Notes under the pieces: model-generated
The model's database searches: none
The model's input: the letters and a program-made list of their open reading frames with translations, nothing else
What the model was told of the DNA's origin: nothing
Translations under genes and position numbers: made by a program
Shown: positions 47,065 to 56,992 of the stretch, one piece after another
How positions within the stretch are numbered: position 1 is the first letter of the stretch
Layout of the letters: each line of letters starts with the position of its first letter
IMG/VR virus record: IMGVR_UViG_3300021255_000114
Coordinates: 167,942 to 231,941 of that record
Strand: one strand, 5' to 3'
DNA from: a virus
Taxonomy: Duplodnaviria; Heunggongvirae; Uroviricota; Caudoviricetes
Length of the DNA stretch: 64,000 bases

Positions 47065-47635
47065 ACTACCTCTGACTAAAGTCAGCGGCTTCCTGTTTCA
47101 CCGACAGGACTCGCCCTACGGTTTCCCGAAAGGTGGAGGTCCCATCTCCACAGGCGTTAATTCCGGTCGCTCCGACCGTACTGTATCTCTTAAGGAATTG
47201 CGAAATAAAAAAGCGTATTTCGACTATTTTGTTGAAGACGAATACACCGCTGGGATTGTACTCGTTGGCGGAGAGATTAAGAGTATCCGCAACGGAAACG
47301 TATCCATGTCAGACAGTTTCTGCTATCTTTCATCTGAGAACGAGATGATACTCAAGAACAGTTACATCAAACTGTATGAAAACGCGGGTATGGTGAAATA
47401 CGATGAACGACGTGAAAGAAAACTGCTTCTCCATAAAGAGGAATTGAGGAAGATACGACGTTTCATGAAGGAGAAGGGCAAAGGTTATACAATTGTCCCG
47501 TTATCGATGTTCTTCAATGAACGAGGTAAATGCAAATTGAAAATCGGTATCTGCAAGGGTAAGAAAAACTACGACAAACGCGAAACGATAAAAGAACGAG
47601 ACATTGACCGTCAGGCCAAAAAAGAAATAGAGTAA
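47045..47635 (+). CDS. smpB: SsrA-binding protein with 48-aa in-frame insert
   Basis: RNKKAYFDY...AGIVL.G.EIKSIR...RERKLLLHK...GKKNYDKRE. Confidence 0.92.
   Translation: METLRSELPLTKVSGFLFHRQDSPYGFPKGGGPISTGVNSGRSDRTVSLKELRNKKAYFDYFVEDEYTAGIVLVGGEIKSIRNGNVSMSDSFCYLSSENEMILKNSYIKLYENAGMVKYDERRERKLLLHKEELRKIRRFMKEKGKGYTIVPLSMFFNERGKCKLKIGICKGKKNYDKRETIKERDIDRQAKKEIE
47061..47204 (-). mobile_element. IS200/IS605 right end / TnpB omega-RNA relic
   Basis: Minus strand encodes TnpB tail STVGATGINACGDG...VKQEA and ends TTTAGTCAGAGGTAGTTCAC. Confidence 0.85.
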
Positions 47636-47636
47636 T

Positions 47637-48650
47637 ATGGATTTTTTAAAAAAGTTATTCAGAAAGAAATCGGATTTCCGGTTTAATTGGAATCTCGCTC
47701 AACGGTTTGTGAACGATTACAGGCTTCCTATCCCAATTATGGGGGAGAAAATGTTCGAATACCATCTCAATCTATATGAAGGTGTATTCGGTTGTCTCTC
47801 CAAATGGAATCAATTATGGTCGTTCATTGACTACAAATACGAAGGGAATCCCGAGAAATTCCTCACGGAATTTTATTCCGTCAGGGAGAGGATTGTAACG
47901 GAGGTTCCTCAAAGTGAGGCATTTCAGAAGTTCAACAACTGTGACATGAACGCCTATGCCACGAAAAACCTTAAACCGCGCTGCTCAAGTCTTTACAATG
48001 AAGACAACATTGGCAAAATGTTTGTGTCGATTGATTTGGCAAAGGGCAATTTCCAAGCTTTGAACTATGTGGACAAGGATATTCTGAAAGCGGAAACATA
48101 CAATGAGTTCATCCGTCGCTTTACTGACATTTACTACATTGAAGAAAGCAAGTATTTCCGTCAGGTTATATTCGGCCAGATGAATCCGAAACGCCATATT
48201 GTTGTCGAGAAGTTCATGATGGGAAAAGTCTATGATTTTTTGAAAGCCAAACACGATTTCAATGACCTTGTTGTTTCCAATTCAGATGAATTGATATACG
48301 AGATTGGCAATTCATTGTTTGAAATGCCGCCTTCTGAACGTCTGCAAGACGAAATTAAAAAAGAGTTGGGTATCGATGTGCATATCAATTTCTTCTTCCT
48401 TAATGGCTACAACCTGTTCTCAGCAAAGGAGAAACACAAACGCTGCACGTTTTACGCAAAGCATGATGCGGAATTCAAGGAGAATGAAGAATTGATGTGT
48501 GTTCCACAGCCCTATTTCGCCATCGTATATAAACTCTATAATAAAATTCCGCTTGTAAGAGAGGATTTCCACTTCAACTACGAGAATATCGACTGTATAT
48601 TCAACGACAATTTCTACATTGAACAAATCAAGCCAAAATACATAAAATAG
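47637..48650 (+). CDS. Hypothetical protein
   Basis: 337-aa open frame; FVSIDL..GNFQAL. Confidence 0.7.
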   Translation: MDFLKKLFRKKSDFRFNWNLAQRFVNDYRLPIPIMGEKMFEYHLNLYEGVFGCLSKWNQLWSFIDYKYEGNPEKFLTEFYSVRERIVTEVPQSEAFQKFNNCDMNAYATKNLKPRCSSLYNEDNIGKMFVSIDLAKGNFQALNYVDKDILKAETYNEFIRRFTDIYYIEESKYFRQVIFGQMNPKRHIVVEKFMMGKVYDFLKAKHDFNDLVVSNSDELIYEIGNSLFEMPPSERLQDEIKKELGIDVHINFFFLNGYNLFSAKEKHKRCTFYAKHDAEFKENEELMCVPQPYFAIVYKLYNKIPLVREDFHFNYENIDCIFNDNFYIEQIKPKYIK

Positions 48651-48658
48651 AACAAAAT

Positions 48659-49513
48659 ATGGTACTTTTAAATGGGGAACCGGTAAAATTCATCAATTTC
48701 CCAGACGGGACGGTAAAGATTGACATCACAAACCCTATGATGTTTGGATATTATGTTGTAACGTGGAGGTATGAGAATGATTCTGAGTTCATACTCATTG
48801 CCTTTATTAAAATGCACATTGACGAAAGGTATCCAGAGGCGACAGGTGTTCTTGAAATGCCCTATATTCCCAATGCTCGTCAAGACCGTGTAAAATCAGT
48901 AAATGAGGTGTTTACCCTTAAACATTTCGCCAAACTTATAAACAGCCTCCATTTTGATAAAGTTCGTGTTCTTGACCCACACTCGCATGTTTCAGAGGCT
49001 CTTTTTGACCGTATTGAAATACAAACTGCCGATAGTTACATTTGTGAGACGTTAGATGATATTACGCATAAATGCCATCTCGATAAAGTAAGCGAAATTG
49101 TGCTTTTCTTCCCCGACGAAGGTGCACAGAAACGTTATAAGACAGACAGCCTTACGGATTATGCGGCATTTTTCGGCAACAAGGTTCGTGAGTGGAAAAC
49201 AGGTCATATCCTTGGGCTTAATATCGAAACGCACACAGACAAGACATTGGATTACCTCAAGGATAAAACGGTACTTATCATCGATGACATCATCTCAGCC
49301 GGTGGTACAGTATATTATTCCATCAAGGAACTTGAGAAGTATGGTGTAAAGAATGTATATGCCTATTGTTCACATCTTGAGAACACCATGTTCAAGGAAG
49401 AGGAGAATAAACTAAGAAATCTTCTTGAGGATGAAGAGAGTGTATTCAAAGGTATCTATACCACTGACAGTATATATAACCATAAACATGATAAAGTTTC
49501 AGTTTTAACATAG
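48659..49513 (+). CDS. Ribose-phosphate pyrophosphokinase-like protein
   Basis: FPDG, PYIPNARQDR, DPHS, FPDEGA, LIIDDIISAGGT. Confidence 0.88.
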   Translation: MVLLNGEPVKFINFPDGTVKIDITNPMMFGYYVVTWRYENDSEFILIAFIKMHIDERYPEATGVLEMPYIPNARQDRVKSVNEVFTLKHFAKLINSLHFDKVRVLDPHSHVSEALFDRIEIQTADSYICETLDDITHKCHLDKVSEIVLFFPDEGAQKRYKTDSLTDYAAFFGNKVREWKTGHILGLNIETHTDKTLDYLKDKTVLIIDDIISAGGTVYYSIKELEKYGVKNVYAYCSHLENTMFKEEENKLRNLLEDEESVFKGIYTTDSIYNHKHDKVSVLT

Positions 49514-49668
49514 ATAACTACACACCGCAGAGAGTGGCAATAATTGCTTCTTGAAAGTTTATCATCTCTGCCAGTTTCCTAATTAATGTTAAAAATTTGG
49601 GTATTTCAATTTTTTTGCTTATCTTTGCATTGTTGAAGTAATAAACTGTAAGAACAAAACAAAAAGTT

Positions 49669-51024
49669 ATGATAAAGGACATTAGATTATCTGAGTTAGA
49701 ATCAATAATGAATTCGACTTACACAGAAAACGGCGACACGGCATTCCGTAGCCACGGCAATAAACTGGTGGATATTCTCTTCAAGTGTGAATACTACACG
49801 AAGAATCCGTCCGCACTGTATATCGGCAAAAGCAACATTGAGAAGTTGTTTTCGATGTTCATTCGTGACCCTCGTTTCGGTCTTGGTTATAAGACCGTTG
49901 GCCGTCGTTTGATGGCGTTGTCCGGCGTTACACCAGAGAACGTTGTTAAGGCCGGTAGTTTCAAGGATTTCCGTGAGTGTCAGGATTTCTTTGAAAACAT
50001 GTTTGATGTTTGGCAGGGATTCCTGTATCAGGAAATCTCCAACGGAAACGAACTCGCAAAGAAGTGGGTTCCCCGTTACAGTTCCAAGAACCTTATGCTT
50101 GCCCGTCGTCTTGCCAAGGCTTGGGGTATGAACAAGCAGCAGTATGGCCACTTTGTGAAGTGCAACACCACCGAGAACAAGCTGAGCCGTCATGAGACTG
50201 AGTCCATTAATTTCGAGCATGTTCCTTCATTGGCCATGTTGAAGTATTACAAGCGTTTCAAGGACGGTGAAGATACTGCAAAGCGTTTTGCGGAATATCT
50301 TGAAAGTGTCAAGAAGGGCGATGCCAAACTGAATGTGGCCGTTACCACTGTATATGACCTTTACAGGAAATCATTTGATGCTGATTTCGACACCGACCTG
50401 TTCTTTGACAAGTTGGAGAAAATCAGTGGCAGTTGGATACCTATCGTCGACACTTCCGGATCCATGTGGGACGGTTATGATTCCATTGGTAAAGCCATGG
50501 CCATCGGCCATTATCTTGCCAAGTGCAGCACATATTGCCCCAACCAAGTCCTATCATTTTCAAGCCAACCCCAGTTGATTACACTTGGTCAACCTGCCCG
50601 TCGTGACACTTGGGGTCCGACCCATCTGCCATCTGCCAATACGCAGTATGGACGCGAGATAAGGTCCATGTATACAGGCGATTGCAGCAATACCAATTTC
50701 GGTGCTGTAATGGAGATTTTATCTCGTCTTAATAAAGAGTATCCGGAGTACCTTGTCGTTCTGTCGGATATGCAGTTCGACTATGGCGGTGGTAATGCAA
50801 AGGATAGCCTTATGAGGAAGTGGCGTTCAGAAGGTATCAATACCAAGATTGTGTGGTGGAATTTCTGTGTAAACAGTCCTACCGTACCTGATTTGGATGA
50901 GTATGGCAACGTATTCTTGAGCGGTTACAGCCCCATGCTCCTGAAGTATATGGATGCCGGTTTCAATGCCGAGACATTCCTCATGAAACTTCTTGCAGAG
51001 TATGCCAAAAACATAACGAAGTGA
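49669..51024 (+). CDS. DUF2828-like TROVE/vWA protein
   Basis: TENGD.A, RDPR.G.G, AKKWVPR, IVDTSGSM, LSDMQFD. Confidence 0.8.
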   Translation: MIKDIRLSELESIMNSTYTENGDTAFRSHGNKLVDILFKCEYYTKNPSALYIGKSNIEKLFSMFIRDPRFGLGYKTVGRRLMALSGVTPENVVKAGSFKDFRECQDFFENMFDVWQGFLYQEISNGNELAKKWVPRYSSKNLMLARRLAKAWGMNKQQYGHFVKCNTTENKLSRHETESINFEHVPSLAMLKYYKRFKDGEDTAKRFAEYLESVKKGDAKLNVAVTTVYDLYRKSFDADFDTDLFFDKLEKISGSWIPIVDTSGSMWDGYDSIGKAMAIGHYLAKCSTYCPNQVLSFSSQPQLITLGQPARRDTWGPTHLPSANTQYGREIRSMYTGDCSNTNFGAVMEILSRLNKEYPEYLVVLSDMQFDYGGGNAKDSLMRKWRSEGINTKIVWWNFCVNSPTVPDLDEYGNVFLSGYSPMLLKYMDAGFNAETFLMKLLAEYAKNITK

Positions 51025-51043
51025 TTTTGTTAATCATGGTTTT

Positions 51044-51088
51044 GACGACCTTCCAGATATTTTTTCTGCGGAGGTTGTTTTTTTTTTA
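51044..51088 (+). terminator. Intrinsic terminator
   Basis: GACCTTCC/GGAGGTT hairpin plus long T run. Confidence 0.65.
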
Positions 51089-51167
51089 ACGAAAAAATGG
51101 CAAAATACAAAGAATTGTAGTATATTTGGTTTAGAAAAACGAAAATAATCAAAATAATTTACACAAA

Positions 51168-51707
51168 ATGTCAACAAGAAGTCATATTATTGTAAGAGAA
51201 AGTGACAAAGCACCCATGTCTGAATGGAGTTACATTTATCACCATTGTGATGGTTATCCTGAAGGTGTTGGACGTGAAATCGGTTGCGCCTTCGAGGAAA
51301 ACATCAGGCCCAACAGCATTGGAAAGAAATACACGTTGGATGAAATTTGCGCCATGATAACAAACATTGAGGACGAATATAGACCAGATAAGCGTCTTCA
51401 TGGCGATGAGGAGTACATCTATGTAGTAACACTCGAAGCGGATAAAGAGGGTGTCGTTCTCGATTGCTATGCAACATTACCATTCAGTTTTAATTCCTAT
51501 GCCGAAAAATTCACTATGGATGCCGGTTATGAATTCATCTTTCAAAGTGTTTATAGGAATAGCACCGCACTAATCCCCTCAGATGAAAAGAAAGAGGAAA
51601 CATACTTTGAGAAGTATAGGGCAAACCTTCATGGTTTTTCAAATGCCACGCTGGTGGATATGATGAGGATGATTTGTGACGAGTTGGCATCAAGAGAGAT
51701 TAAATGA
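51168..51707 (+). CDS. Hypothetical protein
   Basis: MSTRS...YHHCDGYPEGVG. Confidence 0.7.
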   Translation: MSTRSHIIVRESDKAPMSEWSYIYHHCDGYPEGVGREIGCAFEENIRPNSIGKKYTLDEICAMITNIEDEYRPDKRLHGDEEYIYVVTLEADKEGVVLDCYATLPFSFNSYAEKFTMDAGYEFIFQSVYRNSTALIPSDEKKEETYFEKYRANLHGFSNATLVDMMRMICDELASREIK

Positions 51708-51726
51708 AAAACATAAACCAGTCAAT

Positions 51727-52368
51727 ATGGAAGATAAATACACTAACAAAGTAAAAGGCCAACTTCTCGGAAACAAGGAGATTAAACTATCCTTTTTGAA
51801 CAAGGAGTATGTGGTGGACAAGGAAAACGGTGAAACAACTTGCGCATTAACCTGCAAAATCAACTTATCTGACATGGAGAAGAATGTTCTTAATTTTTCA
51901 GATAAGGTTAAAAAGATGGTTGTTGACGGTATTCTGGTATCCTACGACCTTTATTCAAACGAGCCAAAGGTATATTGTGATAAAAGGGATGGGAAAGACG
52001 CCCAAGTGATTGTAAATATACCGAAACACGAGTATTGTTATTTCGACACCTTTACGGTTAAAGCAACTGCGAAGACTGATGGTGATGACGAATTCAATGA
52101 AACTACCGGCAAAATAATTGCTGAAGCCAAGGCGAAACGGAAGGCTTACAGGCGTGCCGAAGTTCTCTTTAAGAGACTGAGTGATATCTTTAGACAGTTG
52201 TCGGAATCCTTTGATTTATATTCACTAGACGTGAAGGGTTATGGGCTTGAAGAAGAACTCCGGTATACATATTATGGAGGCGTTAAATGGTCGGATATGA
52301 ATGAGAAGGAACTCACTAATCAATTGCATAGTGAGCTCGACGGATACATTAAAGATTATGAACAGTGA
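51727..52368 (+). CDS. Hypothetical protein
   Basis: Open frame; related to 46588-47064. Confidence 0.65.
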   Translation: MEDKYTNKVKGQLLGNKEIKLSFLNKEYVVDKENGETTCALTCKINLSDMEKNVLNFSDKVKKMVVDGILVSYDLYSNEPKVYCDKRDGKDAQVIVNIPKHEYCYFDTFTVKATAKTDGDDEFNETTGKIIAEAKAKRKAYRRAEVLFKRLSDIFRQLSESFDLYSLDVKGYGLEEELRYTYYGGVKWSDMNEKELTNQLHSELDGYIKDYEQ

Positions 52369-52576
52369 CGGAATTGTCCATATTACGGACAAAGAACAAT
52401 ATAGACGCTATTTGGAAAAGTATAGATGTTCCAACCTCAAAGAGTTGATAGAAACATTATGGTTTACTTATGGTGTTGATCTCGAAATCTCGAAAAAATT
52501 GGAAGATAGTATAATTTTTTCGGAGACGTATGGCAATAATTCAAAGAACGGTAGTATATTTGAAACAGAAAAATAA
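52358..52576 (+). CDS. Hypothetical protein
   Basis: Open frame. Confidence 0.5.
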   Translation: MNSDGIVHITDKEQYRRYLEKYRCSNLKELIETLWFTYGVDLEISKKLEDSIIFSETYGNNSKNGSIFETEK

Positions 52577-52603
52577 TGCAAAACAAAATAAAATAAACTT
52601 AAC

Positions 52604-53077
52604 ATGAGAGAATTTTCAGTAACAGGTAATCTTGGCGCTGATGCCGAGGTTTTAACAGACAAAAACGGCAGCAATTATATCCGTTTTCGTCTTGCAAACC
52701 ATGAATTTGGAGATCCCGAGAACGAGACCCGTTGGTTTGATGTAACAATGTTCAGTGTCCCGCGTATTTCTTCGTTTCTTAAAAAGGGCACCGGTGTCCG
52801 TGTCATTGGTGATTATAGGGATTCCACCTATCAGAGTGATAAGTACGGCATTCAGATTAACCGTAACATCACGGCATTCAAGATTGATTTTTGGAATAAT
52901 GGCAGACGGGAAGACAGCGAAGAGCAGACAACCCCCAAAACCGCAGAAGCAAAACCTGCTCCGGTTGCAACGGAGAAACCAAAAGCCCCAAAGTCCTCAA
53001 AGGCAGCAAAAGAAGAAAGTGCTCCGGCAGCACCCACAATGCCCGCTGAAGGTGGCGAGGATGATCTCCCCTTCTAA
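52604..53077 (+). CDS. ssb: Single-stranded DNA-binding protein
   Basis: GNLGADAE OB fold; C-terminal DDLPF. Confidence 0.92.
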   Translation: MREFSVTGNLGADAEVLTDKNGSNYIRFRLANHEFGDPENETRWFDVTMFSVPRISSFLKKGTGVRVIGDYRDSTYQSDKYGIQINRNITAFKIDFWNNGRREDSEEQTTPKTAEAKPAPVATEKPKAPKSSKAAKEESAPAAPTMPAEGGEDDLPF

Positions 53078-53105
53078 AAATAATGGATACCAAACAAAAA
53101 ATTAG

Positions 53106-54269
53106 ATGAATCAAATCAAAATTTGTGTAAGCAACAAGATTGTTGATGAGTACGGTAACATATACAACAGTATCCGTCAACTCGCAAAACACCTTCATGC
53201 GGACAGAAATAAGATAAGTTACGACATCAATACGTATGGTGAGTACGTTAACGACGGAGTAACATATAAATTGTTCGACGGGGAAATGGTTTCACAGGAA
53301 CCGACGCAAGCCCGACAAAGGAAACTGACCCGTGAGGAAATCGAGGAACAGAAGGAACTCGAGCAGTTTAGACAGTATAAAGAGGTCAAAAACCTTCAAT
53401 TCGAGGTATATGACATAAAGCCGATAAAGGGATATTCCGCAGGTTACAGATATGCCGTTGCATTGTTCAGTGATGCACATATTGAGGAAACTGTTAAACC
53501 TGAGGCGGTTAATTGGCTTAACGAATATAACCTTGAAATCGCTGAGCGAAGAATCAAGACATATTTCGCCAACCTTGCAAATTGCCTTGAACAAGACAAC
53601 GTGACTGAATTGATTTTCGCTTCACTTGGTGATACAATCTCTTCTTATCTTTTTGAAGAATTAATGGAAACCAATTCAATGACACCTATTGAAGCCACGT
53701 TGAAGGCTCAATCGCTTATTTACAGCGGTCTTCACTATCTTTGCTGTGAGGCCGGTATCAAGACATTGAAGCGCATCCGTTTCGTCGGTATCGTCGGAAA
53801 CCACAGCCGTACCACCAAGAAGATACAACATGCTAATGGGTTCAAATTGAGCTATGAATGGATGATGTATCAGAACATCAAGCAGCAGTGTGAAAACACC
53901 AAACTTCCTATCGACTTCTATATTCCGGAGTCTGAAATCGCGATTATAAAAACTGCGGACGATAAAACACTACTTTTCTGTCACGGTTTTCAAATCAAGG
54001 GTGGCGGAACAAATACGATTTGTGGGGTATATCCGGCGTTACAGCGTTTAGCTTTACGTTGGAGTAAAGTTTTTCACCAAGACAGAATATACATGGGACA
54101 CTTCCATTCATGTATATCCATCCCAAGTGCTGCAATCAATGGTAGTATCATAGGATATAATTCATTTGCTTTAACGAATGCATTTGAATACCAAGAACCT
54201 TGCCAATATTACGAAGTGGTTGATACCAATATTGGTCAACTACTTGAGCGTAAAATATATTGCAAATAG
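53106..54269 (+). CDS. Calcineurin-like metallophosphoesterase with N-terminal HTH-like region
   Basis: SDAH, LGD, VGNH, CHG, MGHFH. Confidence 0.85.
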   Translation: MNQIKICVSNKIVDEYGNIYNSIRQLAKHLHADRNKISYDINTYGEYVNDGVTYKLFDGEMVSQEPTQARQRKLTREEIEEQKELEQFRQYKEVKNLQFEVYDIKPIKGYSAGYRYAVALFSDAHIEETVKPEAVNWLNEYNLEIAERRIKTYFANLANCLEQDNVTELIFASLGDTISSYLFEELMETNSMTPIEATLKAQSLIYSGLHYLCCEAGIKTLKRIRFVGIVGNHSRTTKKIQHANGFKLSYEWMMYQNIKQQCENTKLPIDFYIPESEIAIIKTADDKTLLFCHGFQIKGGGTNTICGVYPALQRLALRWSKVFHQDRIYMGHFHSCISIPSAAINGSIIGYNSFALTNAFEYQEPCQYYEVVDTNIGQLLERKIYCK

Positions 54270-54352
54270 TTAAAATTAATATTCTGAATATTCTTCGTCC
54301 TTGTCCTTTCCTTGATATTTATAGGTATCATCAATTAAAACTATAAAGTATT

Positions 54353-54808
54353 TTGGCAGGACAGGACGATTCTTTTTGTTATATACGGGCAACCGTCGGA
54401 CGTGGAAGGGAAACCATAACCGAACTTGAAAAGAGGGGTGGTAAAAACCTTAACGCCTACAGGGGCGAAGGTGACAAAACCATGATATATTACATAGGAA
54501 AGGATAATGTCATTGAATGGACAAACGATGATACTGAAATTGGATATATCATATTGAACAGCGGATGGACTGAATTGAAACTGAAGGAACCCAAGAAGGA
54601 GCGCATATTCATCATATCGGTCAAGGAAGGCAATGATTCCTGTGAGAAATGCCCCCTATACGGGAAATGCGACGATCCGCAGGAATGGAGATGTGAACTT
54701 GCCGCGTTGTTGAAATCGGATAAACCCTTGGATGGAAAAACATTGGAAATGATCGAGGTTAAACCGGATGATATCCTTCTCCATGTTTTTGAAAAAAATA
54801 GTTTTTAA
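54353..54808 (+). CDS. Hypothetical protein
   Basis: Open frame after GATATTTAT motif. Confidence 0.55.
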   Translation: MAGQDDSFCYIRATVGRGRETITELEKRGGKNLNAYRGEGDKTMIYYIGKDNVIEWTNDDTEIGYIILNSGWTELKLKEPKKERIFIISVKEGNDSCEKCPLYGKCDDPQEWRCELAALLKSDKPLDGKTLEMIEVKPDDILLHVFEKNSF

Positions 54809-55062
54809 TTTTTTCCTTTTTTCTCCTTCAACTGTTGTTCTATTGCGGTTACGATAGCCGAATCCGTAGTATCACAGTATGTCTCGCTCATCCTGACACT
54901 CGAATGCCCCAAGAGTTTGCTCACCACGTTAATAGGGAGTCCCGTTTCAATAAGAAGTGTTGCGAATGTATGCCTTGATACATGCCATGATAGTGAAAAC
55001 GGCAGGGACAGTTTCAAATCCGAATACATCTCCTTCAGATCCTTGTTCACTTCCCCGTTGGA
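54805..55062 (-). pseudogene. C-terminal fragment of tyrosine integrase
   Basis: SNGEVNKDLKE...WHVSRHTFAT...SKLLGHSSVRMSETY; N-terminus missing. Confidence 0.85.
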
Positions 55063-56465
55063 CCGTACACGAAAACTTATGAAATCCTATGATTCCCAAG
55101 TTTCCGCTTCTTGTTTCAACGAGTCACTGCTTCTTAGGTCAGGCTCTGCCTGACGGTCGTCCACAGTTGGGCTCTCCACAAGCGTGAATTCGGGTCTACG
55201 GAACCCTATTATTCTTTTACCCTCTTTGAGGATATTTATTGCAGCGTTCAAATCCCTGTCATGCACCTCCCCACACTCTGGACATCTCCACTGGCGTTCA
55301 CCAAGGGTCAATCCCTTGTAGACATACCCACACTTATTGCATGTCTTTGAACTGGCATACCACCTGTCCACTTTGACAATGTATTTGTAATTAACCATGC
55401 ACTTGTATTCCATCATCCCCATGAACCTGTGGAAGCCAACCTCACTGATAGCCCTCGCTATCCTGTGGTTTTTTAGCATTCCGTCCACATTCAAGTCCTC
55501 CATGAACACCATATCATTCTCAGATAACAGTTTGTTGGTTATCTCATGCAAATACGCCGTTTTCCTGTTGTCTATCCGTTCATATAACTTAGCCAGTTTC
55601 AATCTGGTTTTCTCTCTATTGTGCGAACCTTTCTGCTTTTTAGACAACTGTTTCTGCAAACGTTTGAGACGTTTGTCACACGATTTGTTAAAGTGTTTGT
55701 TAGGAAATACGTCACCATCGCTGGTGACAACGAACTCCTTAACACCTAGGTCGATGCCGACACATTTATTTGTGTGCTTGAACCTGACCAGTTCATGGTC
55801 TGGTATATCCACAAGGATTGACAGGAAGTAGTTACCGCTCTTGGTTTTCGATAAGGTAGCACTTCTTATCTTGTCCTTGTATGCACGTAGACGTGCAAGA
55901 TACAGGTCAGAACATCTGAATTTTATATCCTTGAGGTTTCTTGTCAGGGATATGTGTCTGGTTTCAAACGTGTTTTTGTTGGATATTGCCTCGATAGGGA
56001 ACAACGCCGATTGTTTGTCTTTTTTGGTTTTGAACTTGGGGAACCCACTCTTATGACTGAAGAAGTTGGCATATGCCGTTAGCATCTGCCTGATGCTTTG
56101 CTTCATTATTTTGGTGTTCTGCTCGGCAAGCCAGGAATAGTCTGGATTTTTGAGCAGTTCGCCGTGGAAGTGTTTGGACAAATCGGTCAAACCGATTGAT
56201 TTGCCTTGCTCCTTGTAGGCTGCTTGTTTGTAGTCAAGCATATGGTTATACACAAAACGGTAGCAGCCGAGGATTTTGTTCAAATCCTCCGTCTGCACCT
56301 TGTTCGGGTATATCCGTATTTTGATTCCTCTGAGCATCGGTTCTTTGGTTTGGGTTATTATATAACCCATTTATATATAAATATCACGCTGTTTGAAAAA
56401 GTGGTAAAAAAATGAAGTTTTTTTTGATGAGAAGTACATTTTTATAAGTTTTCATAATTTTTACC
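55063..56465 (-). mobile_element. Non-autonomous tnpB element, IS607-like ends (boundaries inferred)
   Basis: GG at both junctions; subterminal GAAAACTTAT inverted copies; no tnpA. Confidence 0.65.
55087..56370 (-). CDS. tnpB: RNA-guided nuclease TnpB
   Basis: IRIYP HTH, GIDLG, MEDLN, CNKCG/CPECG, DRDLNAAIN; RuvC residues intact. Confidence 0.95.
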   Translation of the reverse strand: MGYIITQTKEPMLRGIKIRIYPNKVQTEDLNKILGCYRFVYNHMLDYKQAAYKEQGKSIGLTDLSKHFHGELLKNPDYSWLAEQNTKIMKQSIRQMLTAYANFFSHKSGFPKFKTKKDKQSALFPIEAISNKNTFETRHISLTRNLKDIKFRCSDLYLARLRAYKDKIRSATLSKTKSGNYFLSILVDIPDHELVRFKHTNKCVGIDLGVKEFVVTSDGDVFPNKHFNKSCDKRLKRLQKQLSKKQKGSHNREKTRLKLAKLYERIDNRKTAYLHEITNKLLSENDMVFMEDLNVDGMLKNHRIARAISEVGFHRFMGMMEYKCMVNYKYIVKVDRWYASSKTCNKCGYVYKGLTLGERQWRCPECGEVHDRDLNAAINILKEGKRIIGFRRPEFTLVESPTVDDRQAEPDLRSSDSLKQEAETWES

Positions 56466-56470
56466 AAGTT

Positions 56471-56890
56471 TTAAGATAACAGTTCATAACCCTTTACTAT
56501 ATCTTTTTCGATGATTTCATCACCAGTCTGATTACTTAAAGAGTTTGACCACCTCCTTAAATTCAAATCCAATTTTTCAATCGCGATATCATATTTTGCA
56601 CGCAATTCCAAACTTATCGCATTCATTTCATTGCTAACGGCTACATCCAACTTCCTCTCCACACGTTTCAAATACGAATATGCACACCTCAAAGCATATA
56701 TCTTTTCTTCCGTGGAGTCTTTTGGCATAAAAAAGGCGTCAGTAACCGCGTCACAACAACCCGAAATATCCGAGATAATATCACTGAATAACTTTTTGTC
56801 ACGGTTTTTCACTTTAACAAATGTCTTATATGCCATCATCTCAAGACCCTTTGCATATCTGAACGCCTCGCAAGTACTTAATGTAGCCAT
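56471..56890 (-). CDS. Avd-like four-helix bundle protein
   Basis: 139 aa, helical, C-terminal RRW.NSL; directly follows DGR-type target. Confidence 0.65.
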   Translation of the reverse strand: MATLSTCEAFRYAKGLEMMAYKTFVKVKNRDKKLFSDIISDISGCCDAVTDAFFMPKDSTEEKIYALRCAYSYLKRVERKLDVAVSNEMNAISLELRAKYDIAIEKLDLNLRRWSNSLSNQTGDEIIEKDIVKGYELLS

Positions 56891-56992
56891 TATTTTCTTA
56901 TTAATATTACTATATTACATATATATTATTTTATCCGAACTTTTTTCCAAATCAAAACGATTTTTTTTTAAGTACCGCTCTTCTTAAAGTGA

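Noticed and set aside
49521-51078. Long-range pairing ACACCGCAG/CTGCGG around the TROVE-like gene
   Set aside because: Both segments are explained by local hairpins; the match is short
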